Assembly: GCA_964519505.1 (NCBI GenBank)
Contig: CAZFJX010000008.1
Coordinates: 5,236-69,235, forward strand
Reading direction: 5' to 3'
Length of the DNA: 64,000 nt
From: an uncultured Desulfurococcales archaeon
GTDB lineage: Archaea > Thermoproteota > Thermoprotei_A > Sulfolobales > CAZFJX01
Below are positions 40,193-49,383 of this stretch, piece by piece. The position numbers were made by a program, and so were the translations under genes. The number at the start of each line of letters is the position of its first letter. Position 1 is the stretch's first letter. The notes under the pieces are model-generated. The model was not told where the DNA came from, made no database searches, and saw only the letters and a list, made by a program, of their open reading frames with translations.

Positions 40193-40467
40193 TACCTCAG
40201 TCATTAGTAGATATCTATCTAATGATAATTAGCTCAGTCTTCCTACTAGCGTTCACCCTATACACTATTAGAGTATTTAAAGGGCCTACAATCCCTGATA
40301 TGGTTATCGCAATAGACTGCCTATCCTTTGACTTAGCAGTGTTCTTAGGGTTACTCTCAGTGTTATACAGAACACCATTCTTAATTACGGGCGCCTTACT
40401 CCTAGCCCTATGGGCATTCTTATTTGATTTATTCATAGCTAAATACATACTTAAGAAACTGAGGTGA
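40189..40467 (+). CDS. mnhF: Mrp/Mnh Na+/H+ antiporter subunit F
   Basis: KGPTIPDMVIAID; 3 TM. Confidence 0.85.
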   Translation: MIPQSLVDIYLMIISSVFLLAFTLYTIRVFKGPTIPDMVIAIDCLSFDLAVFLGLLSVLYRTPFLITGALLLALWAFLFDLFIAKYILKKLR

Positions 40468-40862
40468 TGCCCATGGAGATAAACATACCGTCACCAATAA
40501 GCGATGTGGTGCTACTTATCGGTATGGTGTTAGTAAGTATAGGAGCCGTATGCGACTTACTGGCCTCTATAGGCCTTCTTAGATTCCGTAACTTCTTCTT
40601 AAGGATGCATGCAGCTACTGTAGGTATTATCGGCGGCGCTGTAGTGCCCTTAATAGGTGTTGGACTAATCGCTCTCTCACTAAATGCTTTCGGCAGCTTT
40701 ACGTTACCATTCACGCTGTTAAGTATAGCTACGGCATCCTTCATAATGGTCGTAGCCCCCATAGCGACCCATGCATTAGCTAATGCAGCATATAGGGCAT
40801 CAACACCCAAGCCTGAACCCTTAATTTATGACGCTATTAAGGAAGAGGGTGGTGGATCATGA
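40464..40862 (+). CDS. mnhG: Mrp/Mnh antiporter subunit G
   Basis: GLLRFRNFFLRMHAAT and APIATHALANAAY motifs. Confidence 0.88.
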   Translation: MMPMEINIPSPISDVVLLIGMVLVSIGAVCDLLASIGLLRFRNFFLRMHAATVGIIGGAVVPLIGVGLIALSLNAFGSFTLPFTLLSIATASFIMVVAPIATHALANAAYRASTPKPEPLIYDAIKEEGGGS

Positions 40863-41119
40863 TCATATTCACACTAGCACTCCTGACGTTCCTAACGACT
40901 ATAGCGTTAGCAGCGACCATTAAGGCTATAGCCGAGAAGGACCTAGTTAAGGCTGTAGTATTCTCAGCACTTCAGTCAGTTGCTTACGCAATAATTTATG
41001 GCGTACTCATGGCCCCAGACATACTTTATGCGTACATAGCTGTAGGTGTAGGCATATATCCAGTCATAGTTCTTTACGCAATAGCCAAGACATACAGGTT
41101 CGAAGGTGGTAGGAAATGA
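40859..41119 (+). CDS. Mrp/Mnh antiporter subunit B N-terminal part (DUF4040-like)
   Basis: KDLVKAVV...LMAPD...VGVG motif. Confidence 0.8.
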   Translation: MIIFTLALLTFLTTIALAATIKAIAEKDLVKAVVFSALQSVAYAIIYGVLMAPDILYAYIAVGVGIYPVIVLYAIAKTYRFEGGRK

Positions 41120-41883
41120 GGTGGTTCATAGCTCTAGTAATAGCCCTAACCGCTGTAGTACTCGTTAAGGCCGTAATGGATGGTTGCTTAGGATACATAC
41201 TGACTACGGACGTTAGGTCAATTGCTGAGTTTTACTTAAGGAGTACCTACAACGTATTTAATAAGACCCACTGGGCTGCTAGTCCTGAAGCAGTTAACGC
41301 TATACTATGGGATTATAGAGGGTTAGATACGGTCTATGAAACTACAGTACTATTCATCGCCTTACTAGGGTGCTTAGTCTTAGCCACTAAGCTTAGTAGT
41401 GAGTTTATGGAGGTAGGTGAGTGGTTAACTATAATAGCTAGGACGGGCGTTAAGTTAATAATTATGTTCATAGCCATCATAGCCCTAATACTAGCGTTTA
41501 AAGGCTATGTAACCCCAGGAGGGGGCTTTCAAGGTGGTTCAGCATTCGCTATAATACCCTTACTCATACTTGCCGCATTCTCATGTAAGTACCTTGAGAA
41601 CTTAGGCTATAGGGTCAATAAAGCCGAGGCTTTAAGGAGCTTAGGGCTTCTAGCCATAGCCGCTATAGCAGTACTTCCATTCATATTCTTAAGTGCTTAC
41701 TTCCTACAGAACCAGCCTAAGCCCTGGATACCTATAGGTATCCCTCACGTAATTACCTTCATATATACTGGGGGAACAATACTCTTTTACAACTTAGCTG
41801 AGTTAGTGGTTGTTAGTATGGAGTTCACAGCTATATTCATAGTACTAACACTACTTAGAGGTGAGGAACATGGAGGGCATTAA
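41116..41883 (+). CDS. mnhB: Mrp/Mnh antiporter subunit B
   Basis: VNAILWDYRGLDTVYE and TPGGGFQGG motifs. Confidence 0.88.
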   Translation: MRWFIALVIALTAVVLVKAVMDGCLGYILTTDVRSIAEFYLRSTYNVFNKTHWAASPEAVNAILWDYRGLDTVYETTVLFIALLGCLVLATKLSSEFMEVGEWLTIIARTGVKLIIMFIAIIALILAFKGYVTPGGGFQGGSAFAIIPLLILAAFSCKYLENLGYRVNKAEALRSLGLLAIAAIAVLPFIFLSAYFLQNQPKPWIPIGIPHVITFIYTGGTILFYNLAELVVVSMEFTAIFIVLTLLRGEEHGGH

Positions 41884-42277
41884 TTATTTATTAGCTACTT
41901 ACGTATATGCATCATTAATAGTGATAGTAGCGGTAGCAATTTACGGAATTATAGCTAAACCTAACCTAATTAAGAAGGTAATAGCCCTAACCATACTTGG
42001 CGATACCGTAAATACATTCATTATATTGATAGGTTATAGGTTCGTAAGTAAGCCTAAACCACCAGTAATCCCCACGCTCCATCCAAGTCCTGAGGACATA
42101 ATTAACATAGTTAAGAACGGTGTTGACCCATTACCTCAGGCATTCGTAATTACCGCCATAGTGATTAATCTAGCAATAACTGCTTTCTTAGTCATGCTCG
42201 TAGTTAGGATCTATAGAGCCTACGGGACTTTGGAGATGAACCTAATAGAGAGAAGGAAGGGTGAGGAACATGGGTAA
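41861..42277 (+). CDS. mnhC: Mrp/Mnh antiporter subunit C
   Basis: NLIKKVIAL and DPLPQAFVITAIVI motifs. Confidence 0.9.
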   Translation: MRNMEGINYLLATYVYASLIVIVAVAIYGIIAKPNLIKKVIALTILGDTVNTFIILIGYRFVSKPKPPVIPTLHPSPEDIINIVKNGVDPLPQAFVITAIVINLAITAFLVMLVVRIYRAYGTLEMNLIERRKGEEHG

Positions 42278-42770
42278 GGCATTAGCTTATGTAGGTGTGG
42301 GGCTAATCACGTTTATACTCTATATAGCGTTTGTAGGCTCTCTAGAACCTACTGACTTAGTGTTCGCTATAGTGATATCGTGCGTGGTTGCTGCGTTAGT
42401 GGGTGGTGTGGTTGTTGAGCATGGTGGTAAGTTATTTAGCTTACGTAGGTTAGGCTACTTAATAGCTTACGCCATACATTACCTACTAATTGTTGAGGTT
42501 AAGGCTCATGCAGGCCTTATTAAGAGGATAATTACTGGTGAGGTTAAGCCAGCCATAGTTAAAGTCCCTTACGGGGTAAAGACCGATTACGCCTTACTAA
42601 TGGTGGCTAACTCAATAACGAACACCCCAGGTACTGTAGTTGTTGATGTTGATGAGGGTAAGGGAGTAATGTACGTCCACTGGATATTCGCTAAGGCCTT
42701 AGAGCCTAAGGAGGCTAGGGAGCACGTCTCTAAGCTATTCGAGAAGTACGCTTCTAAAGTACTTGATTAG
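42261..42770 (+). CDS. mnhE: Mrp/Mnh antiporter subunit E
   Basis: KPAIV and ANSITNTPGTVVVD...YVHW motifs. Confidence 0.88.
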   Translation: MRNMGKALAYVGVGLITFILYIAFVGSLEPTDLVFAIVISCVVAALVGGVVVEHGGKLFSLRRLGYLIAYAIHYLLIVEVKAHAGLIKRIITGEVKPAIVKVPYGVKTDYALLMVANSITNTPGTVVVDVDEGKGVMYVHWIFAKALEPKEAREHVSKLFEKYASKVLD

Positions 42771-42778
42771 GTGGTACC

Positions 42779-44347
42779 ATGGAGGTGCCTCCACCCCCCC
42801 AATTAGTACCTACCGAGGTAGTACCACCTATATCCATACTCACACTAACTACGTTAGCTTTCCTAATACCCTTACTTCACTTAGCTACACATAGCCGTAG
42901 GGTCCCTGAAGTATTGACATTACTAGGTACTGCCTTCGTCGCATACATAAACATCTGTATGGCCAAGGAAGTCCTAATTAGTGGGAATAGGGTTGTTTAT
43001 GGTTTTGGTGGTTGGCCAGCACCTATAGGTATTGTTTATGAGGTCGATCATTTATCAGCTATATTCTCAGTTTTGATCACTACGGTCCTATTCTTCATAG
43101 CCTTATATAGTATTGGCTACTTCAGTAAGGGTCATGAGGGTAGGCTATACCTATACTACACCTTACTCTTGCTTGTTGAGGTCGGTATGCTTGGCGTTAT
43201 ATATACTTGCGATATATTCCATATGTTCGTTATGCTTGAGGTCATGTCTATAGCGGCTTACGTACTTGTTTCTTACGAGCTTGGGAGGGTTGCTTTATCA
43301 GCATCGTCTAAGTACGCCATATTTGGTGCTTTAGCAACCACGATATTCCTACTAGGTGTTGCTTACGCTTACGGGTGTTTCGGCACGGTCAATATGGCTG
43401 ATATAGCTGCTAAGGTTAGAGGTACTGAATTCCCGGTAAGTACTGTTGTTGGTGTACCTTCACTAGGTGCCTTAATACTCTCACTCACAGTATTATGGAT
43501 GTTTACGTTTAAGTCAGCAATATTCCCGAACCACTTCTGGCTACCTGATGCACATAGTGAAGCACCAACACCCATATCGGCACTCCTTTCAGGCCTTGTA
43601 GTTAAGGTGGGTATTTACGGGTTCATAAGGATATATATCACCGTATTAGGTATTGATTTAAGTAGGGTATTTCTTGAGGTACTATTCATACTTGGTTTGG
43701 TTACGGCATTCATAGGTTCTCTTTCAATGCTTTTTGAGTATGATGTTAAGAGGTTAATCGCCTATAGCACCATACTTAACTTAGGGCTTATAGCTCTAGG
43801 CGTCTCGATAGCTACTCAAGAAGGACTTGCATCAACACTTAGCTACGTTATTAACCACGCAGTAACTAAGGCTTTAGCCTTCATGTCTATAGGTATAGCT
43901 ATTAACGCGTTAGGTAGTAGGGACTTAAGGGTGCTTGAAGGTGTCGGCAGGGTATGTAGGGTTGTTGGCATAGCGTTCGCTACATCCATGATAGCCCTTG
44001 GGGGTATACCACCTTTAAACATGTTTATGGCTAAGCTATACTTATATGTAGCTATACTTAGGGCTAAAGGGCTGTGGTGGGCTTTAATAGCGGTAGCACC
44101 ATCAGTCATAGGCTTTATAGGCTACATGAGGGCTATGTACTCAGTATGTATTAAGCCATATAGAGCAGGTAAGCCCGTAAAAACACCCTTATCCTCAGGT
44201 ATAGCCGTAGCCATACTTACTGCAGCCGTACTTGTGTTAAGTATACTAACACCTTACTTAATGAGTAAGTACTTAGTAGGTGCAGCTAGCCAAATAACTA
44301 ACTATGTAACATATATAGAGGTAGTGAAGGAGTACCTAACGCCTTAA
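42779..44347 (+). CDS. mnhD: Mrp/Mnh antiporter subunit D
   Basis: DIFHMFVMLEVM, HFWLPDAHSEAPTPISA, KRLIAYST and GIPPLNMFMAK motifs. Confidence 0.9.
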   Translation: MEVPPPPQLVPTEVVPPISILTLTTLAFLIPLLHLATHSRRVPEVLTLLGTAFVAYINICMAKEVLISGNRVVYGFGGWPAPIGIVYEVDHLSAIFSVLITTVLFFIALYSIGYFSKGHEGRLYLYYTLLLLVEVGMLGVIYTCDIFHMFVMLEVMSIAAYVLVSYELGRVALSASSKYAIFGALATTIFLLGVAYAYGCFGTVNMADIAAKVRGTEFPVSTVVGVPSLGALILSLTVLWMFTFKSAIFPNHFWLPDAHSEAPTPISALLSGLVVKVGIYGFIRIYITVLGIDLSRVFLEVLFILGLVTAFIGSLSMLFEYDVKRLIAYSTILNLGLIALGVSIATQEGLASTLSYVINHAVTKALAFMSIGIAINALGSRDLRVLEGVGRVCRVVGIAFATSMIALGGIPPLNMFMAKLYLYVAILRAKGLWWALIAVAPSVIGFIGYMRAMYSVCIKPYRAGKPVKTPLSSGIAVAILTAAVLVLSILTPYLMSKYLVGAASQITNYVTYIEVVKEYLTP

Positions 44348-44376
44348 GCAATAATTAGGGACAGAGCGGTGGTTGT

Positions 44377-45060
44377 ATGGATATAGCTGAGTATCAGAGA
44401 TTAAGTAAGGTATTCGTAAAGCAATCAGAAAAACTCATAAACCGCATTAAGAATGTAAAGACTTTCAGAATAAACGTAAGAGAGGGCCCATGCAGGAAGT
44501 ACTGCAGGTCAGGTAGCTTACCTAAGATTAAGGAATTGCTCAGGAATTTCAACATTAAGGTATTCTATAAGGACGCATCAATAACTTGCAGTAATATCAA
44601 TGAAGTCCTTAAGAACTTTAAGACCTATTTTGATGCTTGGCTAGTTAATTATATTGATGAGCATAGCTCTAAGGGAGGGATTCTTAGGGTCATTACTGAA
44701 GTTTCCATACTTGCTTTAGGTATAGTTATGATGTTCAGTCTCAAGGACATACCCATACCGAATGAGGTAATCAGCATAGTCGCTACAACACTAATAATAT
44801 CGTCAGCCTCATCATCAATAATGTACGCAGTAAGAACATTTACTGAAGGCAGGCTAGGTAAGTTACTTAAAGCTCATGAATTCATGCTTAAAGTAAATAG
44901 CATGTATAGGGCTAAATACGAATACCTAAGTAACTACATATATAAGGTGCTATCTCTCGCTGAAAAATGCAGTGAGATAGAGAAAGGGAAAGTAAATGAG
45001 GACTCACTTAAAGTTAAATGCCTAAGTAAAACAAAAGTAGTGGTTTATGTAGCATCATAA
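44377..45060 (+). CDS. Hypothetical 2-TM membrane protein
   Basis: 227-aa ORF with two central hydrophobic segments, 29 nt after mnhD. No family recognised. Confidence 0.6.
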   Translation: MDIAEYQRLSKVFVKQSEKLINRIKNVKTFRINVREGPCRKYCRSGSLPKIKELLRNFNIKVFYKDASITCSNINEVLKNFKTYFDAWLVNYIDEHSSKGGILRVITEVSILALGIVMMFSLKDIPIPNEVISIVATTLIISSASSSIMYAVRTFTEGRLGKLLKAHEFMLKVNSMYRAKYEYLSNYIYKVLSLAEKCSEIEKGKVNEDSLKVKCLSKTKVVVYVAS

Positions 45061-45204
45061 ATATTCAATGTCATGGGAAGAACATTATTAGGAGTACTTT
45101 AGTAAGCTTCAGGAGAGGGTATCCTATAGGAAGGGTAAGTATTGTTACTATATCTTATATAGTACTTTTTATTTTCCTCCTTCGATTTTATCAAGGGTGG
45201 TTTA

Positions 45205-45822
45205 ATGCGTATTATTGATTTAACTATGACCTTAAGGACCGGGTTTCCAGTCTTTCCAGCGTATCCTGTCCCTGTCGTTCATGCGTGGACTAGTGTTAAG
45301 GAGCATGGATTCTACTCGAACTTACTAATTATTATTGAGCATGTGGGTACCCATGTTGATGCTCCAGCACATTTCATTGAGGGTGGTAGGACCATAGATG
45401 AGGTGCTTATAGATAGGTTCATGGGTAAGGGTGTAGTTATTGATGTTACTCACTTAGGTCCTAAGGAGCCAATAACTAAGGACATTATTAAAGGGATCCT
45501 AAGTAAGTATGGTATTGAGTCATTAAAGGGTTCGGTAGTCCTGTTCTATACGGGTTATGACTCTAAGTTAGGAACCCCTGAATGGTTTAACCACCCGGGC
45601 CTTGATGGTAGCGGGGCTAAGTACTTACTTGATTTAGGCGTTAATGCTGTAGGTATTGACGCACCGAGCATCGACCATGAGCCTTACCCAGCACATAAGT
45701 TACTATTAGGTAATGGGGTACCGATATATGAGAACCTAACTAACCTTAAGGAGTTAGTTGATAAGCCTGGATTTAGAATCATAGGGCTACCCCTAAAGAT
45801 ATTGAGGGGGCAGAAACATTAA
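45205..45822 (+). CDS. Cyclase family (KynB-like) metal-dependent hydrolase, C-terminus possibly truncated
   Basis: HVGTHVDAPAH, GIDAPSID and ENLTNL motifs. Ends LPLKILRGQKH, without the usual GSPxRA tail. Confidence 0.8.
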   Translation: MRIIDLTMTLRTGFPVFPAYPVPVVHAWTSVKEHGFYSNLLIIIEHVGTHVDAPAHFIEGGRTIDEVLIDRFMGKGVVIDVTHLGPKEPITKDIIKGILSKYGIESLKGSVVLFYTGYDSKLGTPEWFNHPGLDGSGAKYLLDLGVNAVGIDAPSIDHEPYPAHKLLLGNGVPIYENLTNLKELVDKPGFRIIGLPLKILRGQKH

Positions 45823-45954
45823 TCTGTAGCTTTCTATATCATTCTATATCCTTTTATCCCTTTTAAGGTTATGAGATAGGCTGAGGTTATAACTCATATA
45901 GGGGATTCCCCAATAAATTTTAAATTAAGAAGAACTAATAAATATATAGGTGAC

Positions 45955-46086
45955 TGCTGAGTTCCTGAGGGGGGTCAATGAGGCTCCCGTAGGTGGCTCA
46001 GTGGAGACCGTGATGAACCAAACCGTATCCGATACAGAACGATATAGTTTGATAGATGAAGACACAGTTTAGGCGAACGGTCAGCA
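45955..46086 (+). ncRNA. Candidate structured RNA with a kink-turn
   Basis: GACCGT-GAT-GA-A-CC (46006-46019) pairs with GG-C-GA-ACGGTC (46072-46082), the Kt-7-type arrangement. Further stems: CTGAG/CTCAG (45965-69/45997-46001) and TGCTG/CAGCA (45955-59/46082-86). Intergenic. Confidence 0.5.
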
Positions 46087-46128
46087 AGCCCCGTAAGAGC
46101 TATAGCTATAATCGAGGAGTGAGCGTTA

Positions 46129-46599
46129 ATGAGTGAATCACGAAATATTGAGGAGTTAGCTAAGGACGTTATTAACAACATAGTTAAGGCTTATGAAGAA
46201 CTAAGGATGGTGTTAAAGATAGACCTACCTAAGGAGTTAGTTAATGAGGCGTTGAGGGAGACTGAACATATAGTTATTCATGAGTTATGCCATGCAGCTA
46301 TACGTAAGGTATATCCAGAGATAGGCAAGGTATATGATGTTAATGAGGCTAAGGCTACATGTGTTGATGAGTTGGTAGGTAGGTTATTAGAGACTTATGT
46401 ATCTAGACGCGTAGGTGCTTTCGTCCATAGTTTTGAGGAACACATAACTGAGTTAAGGCTCTATACACCGCTAAGTAACCTCAACATAACCCCAGAACTC
46501 CTTAAAGGGCTTTACGAGGAAATGGTTAAGGCGATTGAGGGAGGTAAGTTAAGGGAGTTTATTAAGAAGGTTGAGCGCGATATATGCAGGATAGGTTAA
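46129..46599 (+). CDS. Hypothetical protein with HExxH zincin-like motif
   Basis: VIHELCHA followed by a downstream DELV Glu. Confidence 0.65.
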   Translation: MSESRNIEELAKDVINNIVKAYEELRMVLKIDLPKELVNEALRETEHIVIHELCHAAIRKVYPEIGKVYDVNEAKATCVDELVGRLLETYVSRRVGAFVHSFEEHITELRLYTPLSNLNITPELLKGLYEEMVKAIEGGKLREFIKKVERDICRIG

Positions 46600-46606
46600 A
46601 TCACCC

Positions 46607-48946
46607 TTAACTTTTCCTGCCCTTAAACATCACTAGCAATGTTATGATTATGGCTATAGCTAGGATAGCTACTATAGCTATTAATGGGGCTAAGGGCTTC
46701 TCAGGTGTTGCTGCATGTGTTGTGGGTGTAGTTACTGCTGTTTCTAAAGCGGTCATGGTAGTTGTGGTTGTTGTTTTTGTTAGGAGCTTACTTAACTCAT
46801 AGTAGTGGATGGCTTTGTGTGAGGTTATGGTAACTACGTAACTTAAGTTAGGTGGTGCTGTTGGGGCTACCTCAAGAATACCGCCCTCACCTATCTTAAT
46901 ACTCTCCACGACATCACCAGCTCTATTTAGTACCGTAAGGTTTTCACCTAAGGTAATTACGTATTTACCATCGTAAGGTACCTCAACCTGACGATACATA
47001 CTTTCAGTACCTACCTTAGGGTACCTCCAGAGGTATGTGCCGTTCATAGAGAACGCGTAGATAATCCCTCCCTTACTTGCCGCAACAACTATGGGGTTAC
47101 CACTCTTCGAGCACTCAACATCTATTACTGGCTCATTAATTAACCCTCCAGGGCTCCTCCACAGGATCTCACCACTACTTAAGTTTAGGGCTATTAGCGT
47201 ACCATTAACTAAGCCGACAACCACACCATTAGACGTTAAGTCGAGGTCGAATACGGACTTATCCAGTTTAAGTATCCATAAGGGTTCTCCTTCCGTAGTT
47301 AATGCCTGAATAACACTACCATTACCACTAAAAACAACGACTATGAAATCACCTAAGGACCTTACGAACCCCCTCTTAAACCCTATACCTACGAACTTAC
47401 TTGGGGTACTGATTGAGGTCTCCTTAATTAAGTTACCATCTAGATCAAGGATAAGTACCTTACCCCACGTCACAGTAATGATGTAGTCATTAACTATGGT
47501 TAAGTCCTCAACAGACCCGCCTACATTCCTAGACCATATCATGGTACAGTTGAGGTTCATGAGTATAACGTTGTTAATTAGCCCTATGGCTAGGAGACCC
47601 TTAGGCGAGGTAACTACTTTCTTTATATTTCCTAAAGGTTTACTCCATATTAATGAACCATTTCTAGATACGTAGTGTATATGGCTTTCGGTGGTTATGA
47701 TTACGTCCCCATTGCTCAATATGTATGTGCGTCTAGCTACGTCATAGGTCTTGGCTGACCATACATGAGGTCCTTTATTAACTATAGTTATGTTTATGGG
47801 TGAATACTTAGGTAGTGTTGTAGTCGGTGAGGGTAGCCCCGTGCCTTTAAGTAGGTAAAGACCGAAACCACCTATCACAGCAATTAACGATGAGTCCCTA
47901 GATATGTCGGCTTCAAAACCAGCAATTAACTCCTCTAGCTCTATACACCAAAGAACTCCCCTGTTAGGGTCTATGAGTAATGCCTTAGGAGGTGACTTAC
48001 TGTTATCTATAACGACTGCCCGCCCATCGTCAGATACGGCTACGGGTGTTACGTAATCAGCTCCATGGATGTACTCCCATAGCTTAGTTCCGCCACTACT
48101 AAAGCACCAAGCACCTTTCCAACCACCAATAACTACGTACTCACCACCATCACTAACATCCATGTAGAATATCGGCACACCAACATACCTCTCCCAAACA
48201 ACGTTGCCCTCACCATCAACTAAACTAACCTTACTGTACTCACCAATAACTAGCACATCACCTTGCGTATCAATATCCATAGCGGTAATTTCAGTCGATA
48301 CGTTAACAACCCATAAAGTACGCCCAGAAAGATCCAGGAACTTAACGGTTCTACCAGCACTTACAGCAACACCAACCTCAGACGCACTCATTAAGACGAA
48401 ATTAAAGTCCCCACGAAAGACCTCCTGACCCCAGACTAACTTACCGTCTATAGTCAGTAAGTCAAGAGTTACCTCCCTAACACCCTCACCCCTACGTAGG
48501 GTAACTAAAGCTATGTAGCTACTATTAGGTACATACCTCGCATCAACACCGAAAACACCCTCCTTAACATACCTCCAAAGCACGTTACCATCTAAATCAT
48601 AGGCAATTAAGTAAGCAGTAACAAACTCCTCACCACCCTCCAGTAACGTAGTGTTAATCAAGCAAACAATAAACCCTCCAGGAACGAATGTAGCGCTACG
48701 TAAGATTAATGGACCAAAGTCGGCGCCGAACTTAACAACACCCTCAGTAGTCACTAATGTGATTCTAGCAGTATCCCAAACAAGGGCGTACCCACCATCG
48801 TCAGATAACTCAACATGTAAACCCGAAACCCTCTTAAACCACAATACCGGGCCGGGGTACTCAGTAGGGTCCTGACTAACAACCACATACTGCGCACTCA
48901 CTATTACTAAAACAAGCATAAAGACCCCGCAAAGCCTAGATATCAT
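46607..48946 (-). CDS. PQQ-like beta-propeller repeat cell-surface protein
   Basis: Signal peptide; repeated DLxGxxLW motifs; Thr-rich linker, C-terminal TM and KGRKS tail. Confidence 0.85.
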   Translation of the reverse strand: MISRLCGVFMLVLVIVSAQYVVVSQDPTEYPGPVLWFKRVSGLHVELSDDGGYALVWDTARITLVTTEGVVKFGADFGPLILRSATFVPGGFIVCLINTTLLEGGEEFVTAYLIAYDLDGNVLWRYVKEGVFGVDARYVPNSSYIALVTLRRGEGVREVTLDLLTIDGKLVWGQEVFRGDFNFVLMSASEVGVAVSAGRTVKFLDLSGRTLWVVNVSTEITAMDIDTQGDVLVIGEYSKVSLVDGEGNVVWERYVGVPIFYMDVSDGGEYVVIGGWKGAWCFSSGGTKLWEYIHGADYVTPVAVSDDGRAVVIDNSKSPPKALLIDPNRGVLWCIELEELIAGFEADISRDSSLIAVIGGFGLYLLKGTGLPSPTTTLPKYSPINITIVNKGPHVWSAKTYDVARRTYILSNGDVIITTESHIHYVSRNGSLIWSKPLGNIKKVVTSPKGLLAIGLINNVILMNLNCTMIWSRNVGGSVEDLTIVNDYIITVTWGKVLILDLDGNLIKETSISTPSKFVGIGFKRGFVRSLGDFIVVVFSGNGSVIQALTTEGEPLWILKLDKSVFDLDLTSNGVVVGLVNGTLIALNLSSGEILWRSPGGLINEPVIDVECSKSGNPIVVAASKGGIIYAFSMNGTYLWRYPKVGTESMYRQVEVPYDGKYVITLGENLTVLNRAGDVVESIKIGEGGILEVAPTAPPNLSYVVTITSHKAIHYYELSKLLTKTTTTTTMTALETAVTTPTTHAATPEKPLAPLIAIVAILAIAIIITLLVMFKGRKS

Positions 48947-49119
48947 TTAAACTCACCCTTCCCGAGGTTCTTAAGTAAGTAAAAGCAATACTTAAAAATA
49001 TTTTACCACGTACTTACTTAATTTGGGTAATTAAGTAAATGTAATTAAAAGCAGGGTTGGTGTAAGAGAAGACTGTTTTATTAGGTTCATATTGTATAGA
49101 TTATCATGGGTTACCGGTA

Positions 49120-49383
49120 TTGAGTGGTGTTAAGGTTTTGAAGATAAGTGTGCCTGAATATGTAGGTATTGATGAGTATGAGGCTAAGCTTCTCTTGGCT
49201 GTGGAGCTTTACCGTGAAGGTAGGTTAACTATTAAGCAAGCTGCAGAGTTTGCTGGTCTTTGTGTAGAGGATTTCATGAGGGAGTTATCTAGGAGAAAGG
49301 TCAGCATAATTAATTGGGATATAGGGGAGCTAAAGGAGGAGCTTAAAATTGCTGAAGAACTTACTAAAGAAACAAAGGACTAA
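49120..49383 (+). CDS. UPF0175-family antitoxin
   Basis: LAVELYREGRLTIKQAAEFAGL...FMRELSRR motif. Confidence 0.85.
   Translation: MSGVKVLKISVPEYVGIDEYEAKLLLAVELYREGRLTIKQAAEFAGLCVEDFMRELSRRKVSIINWDIGELKEELKIAEELTKETKD

Noticed and set aside
46006-46082. Hammerhead ribozyme or standard C/D guide sRNA
   Set aside because: It has GUGAUGA...CGAAC instead of CUGAUGA...GAAA, and no CUGA D box. The direct GACCGT/ACGGTC pairing fits a K-turn better.
45975-46181. 68-aa minus-strand ORF
   Set aside because: It overlaps the start of the 46129 gene and the structured RNA candidate, and has no protein features.
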